Shown: positions 57,862 through 64,000 of the stretch, in pieces
Layout of the letters: each line of letters begins with the position of its first letter
How positions within the stretch are numbered: position 1 is the stretch's first letter
Assembly: GCA_002269645.1 (NCBI GenBank)
Contig: NIVC01003771.1
Coordinates: forward strand, 13,710 to 77,709
Source of the DNA: Macrostomum lignano
Lineage: Eukaryota
DNA: 64,000 nt
Direction: 5' to 3'
Made by a program: the position numbers and the translations under genes
The notes under the pieces: model-generated
Seen by the model: the letters and a program-made list of their open reading frames with translations, nothing else
Database searches by the model: none
What the model was told of the DNA's origin: nothing

Positions 57862-59102
57862 TGATGCATGCCACCACTATGAGAGCCACCTGGGCCAGAG
57901 TTTCCCAAGTGCAAACCAAACCCCGTTCCACAGACAGCTATCACCAAAAACACGCACCAGTCCAATAATGCAATCCATTTTGGCAAAGACGCGTGACTGT
58001 TGTTACCCGTGAGTTTTTAACGGGTCTAACGCTCAATAGTTGGATGCATTTGTTGACATAGATGGATGCAAAACAGTCGCAACTCACCCTTGCCTCTGTT
58101 TGTCTTTGCATTCTTGTCCAACACGCCGGGATCAGATGACTCCCGCAGCTGATTGGGATGGCCAAGTGGGGCTGAAGGGCTGGTCCTTTTGTCCATTACT
58201 TTCTGCTAATCGATATCATAAGCCCCTCCCCATCGGCTCTCCATCAGCTCAGCGGCAGCTGCAGCCGGCAGCCTGCCGCTTCTCAACCCCCGCACTCCCG
58301 CAGCCCGGAGGAGCCGCATTGGTGTCATTAAATTTCGCTTGTTTTACGAGAAGGCATAAAATATTTCATGACGCTGTTGGCAAGAGCCCTGCGTGTGCGT
58401 TCCCCATCCAGATAGACAAATTTTGAGTAGGTTGGGGACCCGCACATTTTGCTGGCTCAATTTCGTGTTGTGGCCCCCCGCGCTTATCCAGACACTGACC
58501 TGCATCAAAAATGAACTCTATGCGTAGGTATTTTCTGTGCTTTCTGTGCGTTCGGTAGAGCCAAGATTTCTACGTTGGGTCGGGCTGGATTACTTTTGTA
58601 CTAGTAGAAGTATATTGCAGTTAATGCCTTTTAAGTTTCACAAAAGATAGTGTTAAACTTTTTTAAGCCTATACTTTTTTCTCGTTGGGATATTTTTCTC
58701 CTTTGGGAAGCGTACACTGCAGAGCAATGGCTGCGCACTGGACTGGGCCAGGGTCTCAGCTCCTCATTAAAACTGCATTTGCAGACCTTAATCAACTGCT
58801 GGCCCAGTCGCGGGCCCGCCTACCGCAATGTCTACCGGTAGTACCAAAAATGAAAAGTGTATAAAAATTTGGCAAAGACAAAACTACCTACTGAGAGGGT
58901 GCGTGTGCCCACTCCTTAAGCCTGCTGAATCCTCTCTACATTGTCGTGAAAAGTTTTATTATATATTTCGATTGTGTAATCTGAACACAGAACGTTCACT
59001 TACCAGCTATCATTTAAGTGTCTATGTACTGAGTGTATATATACATGTCTATGAATTCAAAATTTAAGATATTTTTCTTGATATTCAACCATACCCAAGA
59101 TA

Positions 59103-59743
59103 CGTTTGCCGACGTACGAGTAATTGAGCTTCTGTCTATGGTAGCAAGGCTGTGCGGCATGTGATTTGGTCCAACAAGCATCAATTTGGTCCGAACGCTC
59201 GTGAGCCATTCGTGAAATTCTTGCCCTCGCACCGTCTGCAGGTTGTTGCATACCTCTGGAATGTCAGTGTGTCTATAAAAAATTTTCTGTCGCTTTTCCA
59301 GAGCTCTGCTCATAGTCGAAGTCTGATAACCAACTGGAACTGTTCCTTCAACTTCTGCTGCAATTTCTGCAACTTCAACAGAGGGTTCGTCTCAACTGCA
59401 TCGAGTAGCAGTTGAATCTGAGCCTCGCGAGCAACTTGCCTTGGCGATTGCCACCCTTTCGCAGGCGATCTCTGCCGGCAGTGGTTTCAACGCTCTGATA
59501 GATGCTGTAAACCATCTTTTATTCTACATTCAGCAACCTTGCAATGTCCTTTGGGTGTTCACCTCTGTCGAGTGCTTCGATCACAAGCCAATAGCATTCG
59601 TTCGACAGCCAGCACATGGTCCACAATTCTGGGGCTGAGTTGCAAATGAAGCTATGGACCAAATTGATGCCTGTTGGACCAAATCAAATGCCGCTGTGCC
59701 AGCCTTGCTACCATAGACAAAAGCTCCGTTACGTTGGCAAACG
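59103..59743 (-). mobile_element. Internally deleted Tc1/IS630-superfamily DNA transposon with about 90-bp TIRs and TA target-site duplication
   Basis: TIRs 59103-59192 and 59656-59743, flanked by TA (59101-2, 59744-5). Interior minus strand encodes a broken HTH transposase N-terminus: VIEALDRGEHPKDIARLLNVE*KMVYSIYQ..KGGNRQGKL / EAQIQLLLDAVETNPLLKLQKLQQKLKEQF / TSTMSRALEKRQKIFY..EFHEWL. No DDE domain. Confidence 0.88.
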
Positions 59744-60417
59744 TACATGTATCTAGGACTCCCAACGGCCAGTTTGACTAACGTAGAAGGCTCAGTCAAT
59801 TGTGGTCAATTTCACAGCCGAAGCTTGACTGAGCACAAACGCAAACTTGAGAATGCTTTCAAAAACTCACGAATCGAGAGTGGCTGGCTCGGCTGTCCAG
59901 GCTCCAGGGCAGCTGCAGAGCAGAAGCAGTGGCGGCAGCAGGCCGATCAAGCCAACTAACCGAGACATCAATTTCTGCATCGAAAGCAGCTCAGTCTGTC
60001 ATTCTCACTCGACTGTCCCTGAGTTTTTGTTCAATCTCTCGCGATTGAAAGAGCAATATGGGGTTCGATTTTTTTGAAGTGGAGAGAAAAAATCGTGACA
60101 GATTTGAGTTGCTATTTGACTCTGCTCTCAGTAGCAGTGACAATTTCGTGGTGTATATATAGCATCACGCATGAGAAGTACCCGCCATTTCATTAACGAA
60201 TTCTTGAAAGCGCTCTGAACCAATGGCGTTGCTTTGGACTTCGCTGCATCTTAGCCAGCCACTTAAAACCCGCGGCACCCTTCCCAGCCTCTCCCATGCA
60301 TCTTGGCGTTAGCAGTCCCAGGCCTCTGCTTTGTCTGAGTTTTATTAACTGAGCCAATAATATTAATTGGAAAAAATTCCGCGTACACTACAGGCTGACA
60401 CAATGAAGATTAGCAGG

Positions 60418-60690
60418 TTCACTGAAAGAAGACCCACTGAAAGAAGATCCACTGAAAGAAGACCCACTGAAAGAAGACTCACTGAAAGAGGACTCACTGA
60501 AAGAAGACCCACTGAAAGAAGACCCACTAAAAGAAGACCCACTGAAAGAGGACTCACTGAAAGAGGACTCACTGAAAGAGGACTCACTGAAAGAGGACTC
60601 ACTGAAAGAAGACCCACTGAAAGAAGACTCACTGAAAGAAGACCCACTGAAATAAGACCCACTGAAAGAAGACCCACTGAAAGAAGACCC
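60418..60690. repeat. 15-bp minisatellite CACTGAAAGA(A/G)GAC(C/T), about 18 copies
   Basis: Direct periodicity. Confidence 0.96.
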
Positions 60691-61449
60691 TAAAAGGAGA
60701 CTCAGGAATGAAGACTTAATTTCAACCGAAGCTTTGTTTCAATATTTAATGTTAAATTGCAGATTCAAGTCAGTGAGTGACACAGAAAAACCGCATGAGA
60801 CAAAAAAGTTTCGAGGCCGATGCAAATGGCTGTTGAGATTAGCCTGAGAGCTGATCACCCTGGAACTCTCCAAACTCAGGAGTCATCTATTCTGTAGAAT
60901 AGTGCAGATTTATTGAAAGCATTCAACTTGTCAAGTTTCTTCCCCAACCTCTATTTGAGTTGAAAAGGCCGAGAGAGGAGAGGAGCAGGGAATATTAAGA
61001 TGCGTCTGTCGTGAAACGCGCTATGAAATCAGCAGGGAAGCTCCGAAGTCAATCACTGATTCCCGTCTTCCCCACCCGGCATTGAAATGCGGATGTGGCC
61101 AATCCCTTTCACACATGGGCCAATTTTTGGCTTGGGAAATAATGTATCACAAATTTGGCAACCGGAGAGTCGGTGACGGCCAAGGAGAAGCCGGCGGGAG
61201 GGCGCTCTCGGAGCTGCTCCAGTGATGGAGCGGCCGGCAGCAATCTGCATACGGAGCTGTCACCGACAACAAGAAAAGTTCAACTCAGCAATGCTGTGTA
61301 TTGGGTTTGGGCATCTTACATATCCAGCTGCTACTGTTAGTAGCTTGTTTACAAATTCTGCACCTTTGCTAAAAGCAAACCTATCCAGCTCAACACGCTT
61401 ACTTCACATAAGTGGCCCATCATCCGACTGTCCCCGACTGTTTTTCTGT

Positions 61450-62531
<1,082 letters not shown>

Positions 62532-64000
62532 GGCGTCGAGCTGTCGAGTAAATAATCCTCGTCACTGTAACGCCTGTTTTAATTGCTACCCCTCTGCTCA
62601 GAACAACAGCACACTATGACACATCACGCCGTAAAGATACAAAGGGCTCGCCTTAGGGCCCTGAGCGTTAATGCAGCAGGTGCGCCGGGTGCGCGCCTGC
62701 TTTTGCAAGTAGTGCGCAGAACCTTTTTCATTTGTTGGTCTTGAAGGAAGTTCTACCCTGTGACAAGAAGTTTTAATTGATCCTCTCTGCGCTATTTTCC
62801 TTTTTTACGAGTACAAGACCCTGTTGGCCAGTAAAATTTTTAAACCTGCATCTGACCCTTAGATTGAACTGATTTCAGCATCTGAGGCCCAGATTCTCCG
62901 TAGGGGAATTACAATTGTTATGGATGTCCATTGGATAGTAGTTACACTGGATGCACCTAAAATTTTTCATCCTTATTCTGCTTCTCTCCAGCCCGCGCCA
63001 CTTTTCCCTCTCCCCCAAAGTTTGTTTCTAGTTCGAATACACCCTGACTGACCTAAATAAACAGCAGAGACGCAGAAATGAACCGCCTGTTCCGCTTGGA
63101 GAGGAGAAAAGACAACAGCCACTGCTGGCCGGTCCTATCGACGGCAGATCGACACCGCGTGCTAGAAGACGTGTTGCCATTCTGTTGGCCTTTATAAAAG
63201 CAAAGCTTTGGCTGATAAAATCATGGCGCTCTGCGTCTGGAATTCGAGAGGGAAACTTTTCATTAAAATTCTGTTTTCGTAGATCTACTGAGGCTAAAAG
63301 CAGAAGTCCAGGCTTAATTACAGTTACACATGCTTCAATACGGACAAACTTGTTGCTTTTAACATCCTAAATTGATCTTGTTCCTATGAAAAGCTATGAA
63401 GCAATCATCCATATCGTAGGTCTAGAGCTCCATGGCATCCGTGCACAGGCTAGCAGGACAGAGGACAGAGATGCGGAGAATCGAGATCTTCCCAGCAGGT
63501 GACACGCGGGTATAAGGAAGATTCGGACGAATCCAACACCAAACCGTTCTCCAGAAAGTCCCAATGTTGTCACGGAAGACAAAATCTCGGCATCAATTCC
63601 TGCATGCATACATGCAGTTTGGTCGACGTTCTGCTGTTTTTGTTTCAACATTTGGCTTTGATCAAGAGATGCCGCGGTGAATCGAATGCGACAGCAATAC
63701 AGAGCCAACTTCACCGGAATTCTTTTCTTTAGGAGATCTTATAGCTGAAATATTCAATAGTTTTTACTTTGCTTTGTTGAGTTAAGAGATAAAACAATCT
63801 TTATTTTCGAATCAAAAAGCTTAATAAAGCTTTCATTGACTCTTTCATGTGATTTCATGTGCATACGTGACGGCTTGAGTTCTTGTACATCGTTTAGTGT
63901 TTCGTCGTTTTGAAAGTCTTAGCAAATGAATTATTAGTTTAGTTGTAAAAAAGTGTTAAAGACAAAATGATGCTCAAAAATTGTTTTAATATTTTATTCA

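Overview
Eukaryotic (animal) genomic DNA with GT-AG introns, GC-rich exons and many tandem repeats. A free-living flatworm such as Macrostomum is plausible, but this is inference only. Hand-spliced genes: (1) 5' part of a tetraspanin (-, ATG 2293, running off the left edge); (2) a multi-copy neuropeptide precursor encoding 9x ASYIRM-amide (-, 7791-8383); (3) an uncharacterised 248-aa single-exon ORF with two CRE sites upstream (-, 12934-13680); (4) a Rac-like Rho GTPase with a spliced CAAX exon (+, 20074-20953); (5) a single-exon ankyrin-repeat protein (-, 23402-24490); (6) a 4-exon RING/B-box/B-box/coiled-coil TRIM protein with a TQT-rich tail (-, 29198-33276); (7) 23 in-frame exons of a calcium-channel alpha2-delta subunit (-, 35891-55292; signal-peptide exon not found). 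Mobile DNA: two tRNA-derived CORE-like SINEs, a deleted Tc1/IS630-type element with TIRs and TA TSD, a degenerate Crypton-like fragment, a probable hAT MITE remnant and an unclassified dispersed repeat. About 20 micro/minisatellite arrays produce most of the long ORFs in the track, and these are artefacts. Best leads: the ASYIRMamide precursor, a candidate signal-peptide + DNFWYamide mini-gene, an alpha2-delta with an intact gabapentinoid pocket, imperfect MIDAS and polyproline/furin insertion, and RFX X-boxes overlapping the start codons of two neighbouring genes.
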